DNA from: Patescibacteria group bacterium
Lineage (GTDB): Bacteria; Patescibacteriota; Microgenomatia; Levybacterales; UBA12049
Reading direction: 5' to 3'
Assembly (NCBI GenBank): GCA_023473545.1
Contig: JAMCXO010000022.1
Coordinates: 1-40,930 of the forward strand
Length of the DNA stretch: 40,930 bases
Shown here: positions 18,701 through 26,328 of the stretch, piece after piece
Layout: the number at the start of each line of letters is the position of its first letter
How positions within the stretch are numbered: position 1 is the stretch's first letter
Program-made: the position numbers and the translations under genes
Notes under the pieces: model-generated
Told to the model about the DNA's origin: nothing
The model's input: only the letters and a program-made list of their open reading frames with translations
Databases searched by the model: none

Positions 18701-19090
18701 GTGGTTAGTCCTAATGTCGGGGAGTCAAACCCCTCTGTCTGCAAGCCCTCAACAGTACCAGGGGGTATTTCAACGGGATGCGATATGGAGGGATTCTACA
18801 GCTCTGATAATTCCTTCATCATCCAGAACAACCAGCTGGCAGACAGCACCAATGACTGTGCCCAAAACCCTCCCAACAATACCGACAAACAGCTGAATAT
18901 AGCAGGGGCGGTGGTGATTAACGCCTCTGACACACCCGGAGGGCCAACCTCCATTGACAACCAAAGGGATCTGTGCGGGAATGATCTAAAATGTCCCACC
19001 TACACCATTACCGAGAGGCCTGATATGATCCTTAACGCCCCCCAGCTCATAAAGCACCCTAACTTTGTCTGGCAGGAGGTGGCTCCGTAA
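15737..19090 (+). CDS. Large Cys-rich secreted/surface protein with two SdrD-B/Cna-B-like domains
   Basis: Signal peptide ending VFA, Cys-rich N-terminal half, PTPT linker, repeats YSISGFVFVDYNHDG and YSISGTVFVDTNKDH, C-terminal beta-rich domain ending WQEVAP. Confidence 0.82.
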   Translation: MRNSYFFPLVFLFLSSLALFVLLKKPLSVFATSSSSWCPKTANCYPGCDNVPLYTGSGYVCDKPGDCGSMNTICDYIGINGCGCSQTAWCGGPDPNSCQGVLTCTPNCNGTINGETYHYVQCVPGSSCTGPADGNGCAYCQTDFYPRCNPDGSCSNIECTTPGIGECGSFPNPCGTFGDLMSCPQPTPTTVPTAVPTAPPSCTVVKTYPQCGGTCNGTSYSSSDTVMTTQSSCSNGTTQYSCTDLGTLPGQCGNPSGGPPSFSCAWCAGPDQCSKSGGTAVPDSSCNPPYCCQPNGGGKVDVPCGNPSNSQTLTVNSSNGGGSCTLTITSVGYNNGYNNTYGPDMGMSYWQPGSQSLANNPLPSTPLLANMAGSSEQLWRSATECNTSQDVGCNSCGYKAGGHHNCNESNQMGGFAVMDFENMWAYTSSLLTIQTEIQKYTYDQGQPGKKNAGYIIQSDTPGCTINLQNAPVDCSNTTISQNNGGMTSLTTEWWSGGNDACYVYYQPTSGPPYSETHSFSLHYCGNGVCECGEQGTNPSGSNYCPQDCPPPTYSISGFVFVDYNHDGQEISPDTNYTGGNAVIQLRGTKTETVNADASGNYTFGSLPNGFYTITLVDPPGYTSSYPGSNDPRSVSINNADVTNQYIAMTPLYSISGTVFVDTNKDHKFSFASGDTSYSGAVVDLSTGAQTTSGSYNPNPPYGNYLFSNLLSGTYQVHLDSLPPGYEATYPLIGAGNPYFINLGINTSPSCSLIPDSPESSDSPPQSPCYTGSIRGADFGITNSIPWYQCVGAECNFDSSSEIIPSNGSVLDSCSAKGYAIGSNDTSQSPGVYLDEPPNPLSAVSSEGWIANPYTFTPKTAGVIRTAYAYIGTTLSQSNINTQNGSLVELSGNDSSGNPYCSNNDLLNCTLEASLPNGVYIANLPDSANPAFHYPNDTFDPTANDFVLNSYTFPPNKNYVILVNGNLYLNGNILVPNGSTVTFYVKGSIVVSPNVGESNPSVCKPSTVPGGISTGCDMEGFYSSDNSFIIQNNQLADSTNDCAQNPPNNTDKQLNIAGAVVINASDTPGGPTSIDNQRDLCGNDLKCPTYTITERPDMILNAPQLIKHPNFVWQEVAP

Positions 19091-19145
19091 GGGGGGGTAG
19101 ATTTGCTTTTTGGCAATTATTGTGATATATAAAAATTAATTAACA

Positions 19146-19260
19146 ACAAGGTCTGGGGTTTCGATCCTGGTTTATCAAGGGAATCACGGTGAAATTCCGT
19201 GGCTGTGCCGCAACTGTTAAAGTCAGACTACTTGAGCCTTGTCTTACCTTCGAGCAAAGG
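19146..19260 (+). ncRNA. Cobalamin riboswitch, compact (class II-like) aptamer with P13
   Basis: AAGGGAA, then cacGG-TGAAATT-CCgtg T-loop hairpin, then tgCCGCAACTGT and AAGTCAG. Closing helix acaagg(19146-19151)/ccttgt(19237-19242). P13 cctt-cgagca-aagg has a loop complementary to L5 ugccg with one bulged A. Confidence 0.88.
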
Positions 19261-19282
19261 AAAAAGTAGATTTTTTTAACTT

Positions 19283-19312
19283 AACCTTCTCGCTCGGGAA
19301 GGTTTTTATTTT
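19283..19312 (+). terminator. Intrinsic terminator, expression platform of the riboswitch
   Basis: Stem aaccttctc(19283-19291)/gggaaggtt(19296-19304) followed by a U-rich tract. cgagcaaagg (19251-19260) can alternatively pair with cctt...gctcg as an antiterminator. Confidence 0.8.
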
Positions 19313-19338
19313 CTAATCCTTCGCTCGATCATAAAACT

Positions 19339-20895
19339 ATGATTGCGGAAGCGCCAAGATTTATCGCTAACCAAGAACCGGAGGGGCATTCCGTCCAAAC
19401 GAATGACTTTGATATCGAAGAATCCCGAAGGCTAAAAAGCTCTTTAGAACAAAAGGTTGGCTGGGGGTATAATGTTTTGGCCGAAGTTGATATCCTCCTG
19501 GGGTCTTTGCGAAAATCTCCTTCTTCGGGAATTGACCCGGCGGCAAAAGAGTACGTGCTCGAAAATGAATTAACAGCCGCCTGCGAAGCAGTGGAGAGCG
19601 GCCGCTACCTCTGGTCATCGTACAGACCCTGGGACGCGAAAGCCGGGGAATTTAAGGCATTCGGCACCTCATTTATCGGACTCTTACGATCAGGCGTTGC
19701 CGATATGGAAAAAAAAGTGCGTCAGGAAGAACGCGAAGAATATGAATTTGAATTAAAGCGAAGGTCCATAGAGCTTGCCGTAGAGCAGGAGCTCACCCGT
19801 TTATACGCTAATGGAGAGCGCGGCAGGATGTTTCTTACCATCTCTGCCTATCCCGAAGAGGTTTCGGAAGAGATAGCCGCCGGTTTAGGCTATAAACCGG
19901 AAGACAGATTAGCCAAACTGCGTTTTGAGGTTTTCGCCAAAGGCGTCTTTGCCGAAGATGTCAGACAAACCGTCGAATTAAGCGTTGCCAATGGCTCGGT
20001 GCGGGTTTTTCAAAAATTGGCTTTAGATCTTGGCGAAAACCCTTCGGATTTTCCGGATTCAGCAAGCCTTCTGGCAAGGCCTATCAGCCTTGGAGACCCT
20101 TCGAATTATCTGGATAAGATAACAGCTATTGCGCAAAGATATGACCGGCTCCTGGAAAACGAAGACCCAACCTCGTCTTATTTTTGCGGACAAAAAGTCA
20201 AGACTAAGAATTACGAAGAAATTATCGCCAGGCAGCGCTTTGTCAGAGAAAAAGGCAAGGAGCTGGTCGAAAAACTATATAATCTGGACATGGAATTGGC
20301 CGAAAGCCTAAACCAAGAAAAGCCAACCCCGCCAATAGAAGATTCCATCCGCTACTGGTTGGTTACTAAAGACGGAAACAACCGGTACCTGCTCTCGGAA
20401 GAAGAACGGGGGGTTTTGGAAGAGGTAACTAAAAATAATATTTTATCGAGAACCGCCGCCTTTATCCTCAAGAAAAACGAATTAGTCCGCATGTGGTCGG
20501 TTATGGCCTGCCTTATTAACGAAGAGAAAGCCAAGAAGCTCTTTGGGGAAGAAAAAGTTATCCGCATTCAAAACATGATGAAAGAGACAGCTGTTCCAAC
20601 CCAAATGCAATATTATCTTGATCAAATGATCGCTTACGCCAACCCTCAATTTATTGCCTGCGGAGGATTAGTTAATTCCTTTGGCGCGGGACCCGGTTTG
20701 CCAAATAGCGCAAAAGGCCTTTTCCAAAGCCCCCTGTCTCAAGTCAAAGAGAGCAGGTACCGGTTGTTTTCACAAGCCGAATCTCGTATTTTATGCTGTA
20801 CCTGCCCTTATTGCAAGCAGGAGGTTGAGGCTGTTATTAAAGACGGGTCTATTACCTGTCCAAAATGTAACAAAAGTGTTTCTTGGCAGAATTAG
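19339..20895 (+). CDS. Hypothetical soluble protein with C-terminal Zn ribbon, downstream of the cobalamin riboswitch
   Basis: 518-aa, Glu-rich and helical. No signal peptide or TM. IACGG, then CCTCPYC...CPKC. Confidence 0.85.
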   Translation: MIAEAPRFIANQEPEGHSVQTNDFDIEESRRLKSSLEQKVGWGYNVLAEVDILLGSLRKSPSSGIDPAAKEYVLENELTAACEAVESGRYLWSSYRPWDAKAGEFKAFGTSFIGLLRSGVADMEKKVRQEEREEYEFELKRRSIELAVEQELTRLYANGERGRMFLTISAYPEEVSEEIAAGLGYKPEDRLAKLRFEVFAKGVFAEDVRQTVELSVANGSVRVFQKLALDLGENPSDFPDSASLLARPISLGDPSNYLDKITAIAQRYDRLLENEDPTSSYFCGQKVKTKNYEEIIARQRFVREKGKELVEKLYNLDMELAESLNQEKPTPPIEDSIRYWLVTKDGNNRYLLSEEERGVLEEVTKNNILSRTAAFILKKNELVRMWSVMACLINEEKAKKLFGEEKVIRIQNMMKETAVPTQMQYYLDQMIAYANPQFIACGGLVNSFGAGPGLPNSAKGLFQSPLSQVKESRYRLFSQAESRILCCTCPYCKQEVEAVIKDGSITCPKCNKSVSWQN

Positions 20896-20897
20896 AA

Positions 20898-21488
20898 CTA
20901 ACCGCCAGTCTTCCAAATTGTTTCTTTTTTGCCTTCCTGGTAATTAGCAAAACGGGCCATGGTAAACAAAAGATCGGAAAGACGGTTAAAGTATTCCAGG
21001 ATTTCAGCCCGCACGTTTTCTTCATTACGCAGGGCGACAATGTTTCGCTCCGCCCTTCGGCATACTGTTCGGCTTAGATGCAGAAGAGCTCCCAGCCTCC
21101 CTCCTCCCGGCAGAATAAAATTATGGAGTTCCGGCATTTTCCCTGTCATTTGGTCAATCTCTCTTTCAAATTCCCCAACATGTTTTACTACTTCTGATAG
21201 GTATTCTTTTTCCGCTTTCCGATGACGAGGAATATCTGTTGGGTTTGCCAGCATTGAGCCTATTTCTAGCAAATCGCTTTGAATCATTTGCAACTCAACC
21301 CGCAATCTTTCTTTAACCTTTTGCGTTTTGAGTTTTGAATCTTGAATCTCCGCCGCCGCAAGGCCAATCAGCGAATCCAATTCATCAACAGTCCCGTACG
21401 CGTTTACGCGAAGATTGGCTTTTGAAACTCTTTTTCCGCCAAAAAGCGATGTTTCCCCTTTATCTCCTTTTCTGGTATAAATCGGCAT
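20898..21488 (-). CDS. pduO: ATP:cob(I)alamin adenosyltransferase, PduO type
   Basis: IYTRKGDKGET, YGTVDEL, FILPGG, RTVCRRAER and NRLSDLLF. Coupled to nrdJ by a TAATG overlap at 21486-21490. Confidence 0.95.
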   Translation of the reverse strand: MPIYTRKGDKGETSLFGGKRVSKANLRVNAYGTVDELDSLIGLAAAEIQDSKLKTQKVKERLRVELQMIQSDLLEIGSMLANPTDIPRHRKAEKEYLSEVVKHVGEFEREIDQMTGKMPELHNFILPGGGRLGALLHLSRTVCRRAERNIVALRNEENVRAEILEYFNRLSDLLFTMARFANYQEGKKETIWKTGG

Positions 21489-24400
21489 TAACATTCGCTG
21501 TATCCGCAGCTATAGCATTTCCGGCAGCCTTCCTCATAGGCAAAGCTAACTGTTCCGCAGGAAGGACAGATGTCAAAAAGTCCGGTCGAGGATGAATCAT
21601 CTTTTATTTTAAGCGCCAGCTGGTTAACATGAACTTCGTCTGATGGTTTATTTTCTTCTTTAGAAAATCCGTTTGATAAATCAGCCGAAGGACTCCTGTC
21701 TTCAACCTGTCCGTTAACGGCAAACCCCATATGCGCCGCGAGCACTTTGGCAACCGCGTCGGGCAGGGATCTAACCTTATTTACGCCAAATCCAACACTT
21801 CTTGCCCCTCCGATTCCGACAAGCTGGGCTACAATCTGGCGCACCTTTTCCCGTTGGGTTACCCCCGCGTTAAGCTGAAGAGAAAGAGAAATCATCCTGC
21901 CCAGCCCCTCCGCCATCGCGCCAACATCGGATCCTGATTTGCCCACTGTTATAAACATTTCCGAAGGCTCCGTCCTGTCGCTTTGATGATTTATGGAAAT
22001 ATAGGTTATGCCCATTGGCGTCTTGACTTTATAGGTTACCCCTTCCAGTTTTTCCGGGCGAGGCAAAACAGCCACCATGGGCAAAGCGGGCTGGGTAACC
22101 TCTTCTTTCTCTTTCTTCTCCTTTGCCGAATCCACTCTTTCCAAAACACCCTGACGCGATCCGTCACGCATATAGGTAATACCCTTTAATCCCATATCGT
22201 AGGCAAGCATGTAGAGCGTCTTGACGTCATCAACCGTATGGCTGTTAGGCGCGTTAACGGTTTTGGAGATTGACGAATCAATATACTCCTGGGCTATTGC
22301 CTGAACCCTGGCGTGATCCAAAGGCGTCAGATCGTTGGCGGAGGCAAAGTAGTCAGGCTTTTCTTCGTTGGGATGATCCTTAAGCCACTGCTCATAAAGA
22401 TAATGATAAACTATTTCCTCTCCGCCCCTCCAGCGTCTAAGAAACTTAAATTCATAAACAGGCTCTATGCCGGAGGTAACCCCGGAAACAAGAGAGGTGG
22501 TGCCGGTTGGGGCAATGGTTAATAAAACCGCGTTTCTGATGCCTTGTTTTCTAATCTTGTCCCGAAGTTTTTCCGGCAGGGCTTTTACGTGATAGCCCTC
22601 CAGGTATTTTTCCGGGGCGAACTTTGGAAAAGAGCCCTTCTCTTTGGCAATATCCGAAGACGCTTCGTAGGCGCTGTCCCTAAGGGTTTCGAAAATCTTG
22701 TGAAGAACCGGCTCGCATTCTTTGGAGCCGTATCTGATTTTCATTTTAATAAGCGCGTCCCCCAAACCCATAATGCCAAGGCCCTGGCGCCGGATTTCCT
22801 TGGAACGCTTTTCATTCTCTTTAAAGAAATAATAAGTTTGGTCAATCACGTTATCTAAAAACCTAACCGCCGTGGCCACATCTTTGCTAAAGTTTTTATA
22901 ATCAAACTCTCCGTTTTTAACATAAGCTGCCAGATTCATCGCTCCAAGATTGCAAACCGCCCAGCCCGAAAGCGGCTGCTCCCCGCACCCCCTGGAGACA
23001 ACTCCTTCGGCAATCCAGGTGTCCGAAATCGGCTCATGCAGATCATAAACCGTCTCAATTCCATCCTGCTCAACCGAGACAATCTTAGCAAGCCAGGTGT
23101 TACCGGTTAATGCAAAATCTTTTTGGGCAATTCTTAGCTTTTTTTGTTTATCCGGATGGGAAAGACCGATCCTTTCGGCAAACACCTTCATACCGGCTCC
23201 GGAGACAATAACCTCATACTGTCTGTGCTTAGAATAAATAATTCTATCGCCGATATGCCCGTTTGCTACTTTCTTGACTTTTACAATTCGCCCATGGATA
23301 CCAAAAGACAAAAGAATGCGGCGGATATCCAAGGCTAAATGTTGGCTGGTTGTTTTAAATCTCAGGAAAGGGTGGGTACTTGAAAGATTAATATTGCCAT
23401 CTGTCGAGAAAAGTCCGTCAAGAAGCCCTGCCAAGAAACGCCTGTTGGTATTTTGATACGCGAGGGGAATCCTTTTTTCAAAAGAATAGGAGGGGGCAAG
23501 AAGAGACTCTCTGACCATAAGCGCTGTGCCGTTTATTCCCCGCATGGTAAGATTAGCAGAGCGGCTATTTTGTGCCGCGTCAAGGCTTACTCTTGATCCT
23601 GTCATCTCAAGGGTTTCACGCACTAAAGAAATCCAATCCTTCTCATCCGTGTTAACGGCGAGCTTCACAACATTTCTGCTTAGAATTTTTTCCGTAATGC
23701 ATCCGTCTCCCAAAAGAATTCCCACCAAGAACCCGTAATCTCTGTCATTCCAACCCTTTGGCAAGCCGGAAACCTTGTTTTCGGGCATAAGGGTTGGGGC
23801 GATACGCACCATATCTCCTGCTTCAAGCTCCGCCAAACTTAACGGCGTAAATCTTTTATTGGCAGCATTTTTTGCTCTATCTTTATGCTTAATTGCGTGG
23901 AACTGATGAGCGGCTGTTGCGCGAAGCTCTGCTCCATCGGAAAGTTTTACCCGAAAAACCGGCTTATTCTCATAAGTCTCAACCTTATCAACCTTACCGC
24001 TGCCAAGTACCGTTGCTATTCTTTCTCCTTCCTGGATTGAATCCGCTCTTTTCCATCCATCCTTGGTGGCAACCAGAGTATCGCCTGTCAGGCAGGGATT
24101 TGTCGCGATCAGCTTCTCGAAATAAAAAGTGTTGCTTCTTTTATTCGACCTTTCCAGGAAGTGAAGCCCCGGCTCCGCGGATCTCCAGGCGGCCGTGCAG
24201 ATTAAATCCCAAAGGTATCTTGCCTTGACAGTCTTATAGACCTTGACTTTGCCGCCGATCTTGCGCCACTCGTCAATCTCCCCGTTCCACTTTTTATCAT
24301 ACCTCGGATCATCCAGGTCAGGATAAATAAGCTGCCAGTCCTGATCATTTTTCACCGCTTCCATAAAGGAATCGGAAACGCAAACCGACAAATTCGCTCC

Positions 24401-24970
24401 GTTAATTTTCGAAAGGTCATCTTTAACGGTAATAAATTCTTCGATATCCGGATGCCAGTCCCAAAGCATAATCATCGTTGCCCCCCTCCGGCTGCCGCCC
24501 TGCTGCACAATGTCGTGGGTGGCAACGGAAAAAAGCTCAGCCCAGTTAACAGGACCCGAAGAAGTGCCGTTGACTTTTTTGACACGGGCGCCTCTGGGAC
24601 GAAGAGAAGAAAGATTTAATCCCACTCCGCCCGAGCGGGACTGGATTTCAACCAGCTGTCTTAATGCCTCAAGGATCCCATCCCTTGAATCTTTAGGAGA
24701 CGGAATAACAAAACAGTTAAAATAGGTTACCTCATAAGCTGTGCCTGCCCCGGATAAGATACGGCCCCCGGGAACAAACTTAAATCCCTCCATTACCCTA
24801 TAAAATTCTTTTTCCCAGAAGGAGCGCGCGTTTTCCTTTTCGTTTTTAGCGATCCCCCCGGCAACCCTTTTCCACATCTCTTCTGGCGTATGCTCAACAA
24901 GCCCTCCGTCCTCATCTTTAAGGGCGTAGCGATCCAGGAATACTTTTTCTCTTATGCCGTCAAATTTCAT
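21488..24970 (-). CDS. nrdJ: Adenosylcobalamin-dependent (class II) ribonucleotide reductase, intein-containing, with TSCPD domain and Zn-ribbon tail
   Basis: PGGRIL, NCFV, GGVG, QGGSRRGA, TNP|CGEQPL split by an intein, CNLG, IAPTGT and C-terminal CPSC...CYSCGYSEC. No beta-subunit gene nearby; PduO is adjacent. Confidence 0.95.
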   Translation of the reverse strand: MKFDGIREKVFLDRYALKDEDGGLVEHTPEEMWKRVAGGIAKNEKENARSFWEKEFYRVMEGFKFVPGGRILSGAGTAYEVTYFNCFVIPSPKDSRDGILEALRQLVEIQSRSGGVGLNLSSLRPRGARVKKVNGTSSGPVNWAELFSVATHDIVQQGGSRRGATMIMLWDWHPDIEEFITVKDDLSKINGANLSVCVSDSFMEAVKNDQDWQLIYPDLDDPRYDKKWNGEIDEWRKIGGKVKVYKTVKARYLWDLICTAAWRSAEPGLHFLERSNKRSNTFYFEKLIATNPCLTGDTLVATKDGWKRADSIQEGERIATVLGSGKVDKVETYENKPVFRVKLSDGAELRATAAHQFHAIKHKDRAKNAANKRFTPLSLAELEAGDMVRIAPTLMPENKVSGLPKGWNDRDYGFLVGILLGDGCITEKILSRNVVKLAVNTDEKDWISLVRETLEMTGSRVSLDAAQNSRSANLTMRGINGTALMVRESLLAPSYSFEKRIPLAYQNTNRRFLAGLLDGLFSTDGNINLSSTHPFLRFKTTSQHLALDIRRILLSFGIHGRIVKVKKVANGHIGDRIIYSKHRQYEVIVSGAGMKVFAERIGLSHPDKQKKLRIAQKDFALTGNTWLAKIVSVEQDGIETVYDLHEPISDTWIAEGVVSRGCGEQPLSGWAVCNLGAMNLAAYVKNGEFDYKNFSKDVATAVRFLDNVIDQTYYFFKENEKRSKEIRRQGLGIMGLGDALIKMKIRYGSKECEPVLHKIFETLRDSAYEASSDIAKEKGSFPKFAPEKYLEGYHVKALPEKLRDKIRKQGIRNAVLLTIAPTGTTSLVSGVTSGIEPVYEFKFLRRWRGGEEIVYHYLYEQWLKDHPNEEKPDYFASANDLTPLDHARVQAIAQEYIDSSISKTVNAPNSHTVDDVKTLYMLAYDMGLKGITYMRDGSRQGVLERVDSAKEKKEKEEVTQPALPMVAVLPRPEKLEGVTYKVKTPMGITYISINHQSDRTEPSEMFITVGKSGSDVGAMAEGLGRMISLSLQLNAGVTQREKVRQIVAQLVGIGGARSVGFGVNKVRSLPDAVAKVLAAHMGFAVNGQVEDRSPSADLSNGFSKEENKPSDEVHVNQLALKIKDDSSSTGLFDICPSCGTVSFAYEEGCRKCYSCGYSEC
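22988..24094 (-). mobile_element. Intein (369 aa) with LAGLIDADG homing endonuclease and atypical C-terminus (...VVSRG)
   Basis: Block A CLTGDTLV, block B ATAAHQF, DOD motifs LVGILLGDG and LLDGLFSTDG, block F VYDL. Removing residues 293-661 restores ATNP-CGEQPL. Confidence 0.93.
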
Positions 24971-24983
24971 AATAAATTAAAAA

Positions 24984-25433
24984 TTACTTTATCAATCTCC
25001 TTACCTCTTTTTCAAAATCTTCTATATCAACAAACCGCTTAAAAACGCTTGAAAATCTGATATAGGCTACCTTATCTATTTTTTTTAATCTTGCCGCCAC
25101 CAGACTGCCTATTTTTTTACTTTCAACCTCTATGCCGGACTCCTGCCTTAAATCCTTTTCCGTCTCCGTTGCGATCTTTTCTATGGTATCCGCCGGAACC
25201 GTTGTTTTTTCGCATGCCTTAATGATGCCTTCTTTTAATTTTTCCCGGCTGAATCTCTCTCTTTTTCCGTCTTTTTTTATGACAATCAGATTAGCGTTCT
25301 CAATCCTCTCGTAGGTCGTAAACCGCTTCTGGCATTTTAAACAAGCCCTTCTCCGGCGTATCGTTTCTAAATCCTCGCTGTCTCTTGTTTCCACAACCTC
25401 GGTTTCCAAATTTAAGCAGAAAGGACACTTCAT
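24984..25433 (-). CDS. nrdR: Transcriptional repressor NrdR
   Basis: MKCPFC...IRRRRACLKCQKRFTTYE, ATP cone VIKKDGKRE and DKVAYIRFSSV. Confidence 0.98.
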   Translation of the reverse strand: MKCPFCLNLETEVVETRDSEDLETIRRRRACLKCQKRFTTYERIENANLIVIKKDGKRERFSREKLKEGIIKACEKTTVPADTIEKIATETEKDLRQESGIEVESKKIGSLVAARLKKIDKVAYIRFSSVFKRFVDIEDFEKEVRRLIK

Positions 25434-25563
25434 AAAAATTCAAAAATCAAAAGTTAAAAGTTAAAATTACAGGTCAAAATTCAAAAGTTTTAAAATGCGA
25501 AGACTGAACTTTTTACTTTTGAATTGTGTCTTTGATTTTTGCATTTTGACTTTTGAGTTTTTT
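25434..25563. repeat. Inverted heptamer-array hairpin element (TCAAAAG-type arm / CTTTTGA-type arm) in the nrdR leader
   Basis: tcaaaaa tcaaaag ttaaaag ttaaaat...tcaaaat tcaaaag, then cttttga...ttttgca ttttgac ttttgag. Homologous to the reverse complement of 38807-38921. Confidence 0.8.
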
Positions 25564-25614
25564 CTCTATATCTAGCGCAAAAATAATCTTATGCCACTAA
25601 ATCTATTGTGTCAA
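25564..25614 (-). promoter_or_regulatory. Tandem NrdR boxes overlapping the nrdR-nrdJ-pduO promoter
   Basis: CTCTATATCTAGCG (25564-25577) and CACTAAATCTATTG (25595-25608) are 31 bp apart, typical of NrdR-box pairs. Minus-strand promoter TTGACA(25614-25609)-N17-TAAGAT(25591-25586). Confidence 0.85.
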
Positions 25615-25731
25615 CTAGAAATTTCTGTATCAAAAATGGTCAATGATGCCTTCTTGCCTCAAATTGAGGGCAGAGGAAAATTGCAATTTTAAAACGAACA
25701 ATTATTTAAATCTTTCCGCTAATTTTGTATT

Positions 25732-26274
25732 CTATTTACGAATGATTGACTTAAGCATATTTCTAAAGTTAATCATTCTCTGCTGGTCTTTGGCAAATTC
25801 CGCCTTAAGATTTTTAGATGATTTGGCGGAAATACCGCTAATCACTTCCTGCTGTTTCATCGAGGAAAGAATCATTTTATTAACCAGGCTCTTTGTGTCC
25901 TCTCCTTGTTTTCTTGCCTCTCTTAAGGAGGAGATTGCCTGGTCAAGATAGTTTTCGCCTTTGGATATGGTGGTTTCCGCTAGTTGGAATTCTCCTTTTC
26001 GGGAAAGATATAGTCCCGCGTTAGTCCTTTTTTCCGATTGAAGAAGGTTAAATTCCGTCTTTTTAAGGGAATCGGAGATCAAAAAACCCACTATTCTGTC
26101 TCTGATCATCTTTAAAAAGTACAATGGATTATCGGGCAAAAGGCCGGGATAGGGCAGCTGATAATCTATCTTATGTCCGTTAAAAGAAGCACCTGCCTTA
26201 TCCTGACTAAAGGCTTGAGGCATAACCAAGACGGTTAACAAGAAAAAGGTTGCTATGACTAAAGTTTTTTTCAT
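25732..26274 (-). CDS. DUF5667-like exported helical protein
   Basis: Signal peptide followed by YQLPYPGLLPDNPLYFLKMIRD. Confidence 0.75.
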   Translation of the reverse strand: MKKTLVIATFFLLTVLVMPQAFSQDKAGASFNGHKIDYQLPYPGLLPDNPLYFLKMIRDRIVGFLISDSLKKTEFNLLQSEKRTNAGLYLSRKGEFQLAETTISKGENYLDQAISSLREARKQGEDTKSLVNKMILSSMKQQEVISGISAKSSKNLKAEFAKDQQRMINFRNMLKSIIRK

Positions 26275-26328
26275 TGTTATAGATCAATCTATTAAATCTT
26301 AGGCCATAAACCGCCTATCGTCAATACC

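Noticed and set aside
19339-20895. Calling the riboswitch-controlled protein an RNR or B12 transporter
   Set aside because: No NPCxE finger loop, no glycyl-radical motif, no TM helices or signal peptide. Left as unknown.
25434-25563. Possible CRISPR array
   Set aside because: 7-nt degenerate tandem units without unique spacers, and no cas genes.
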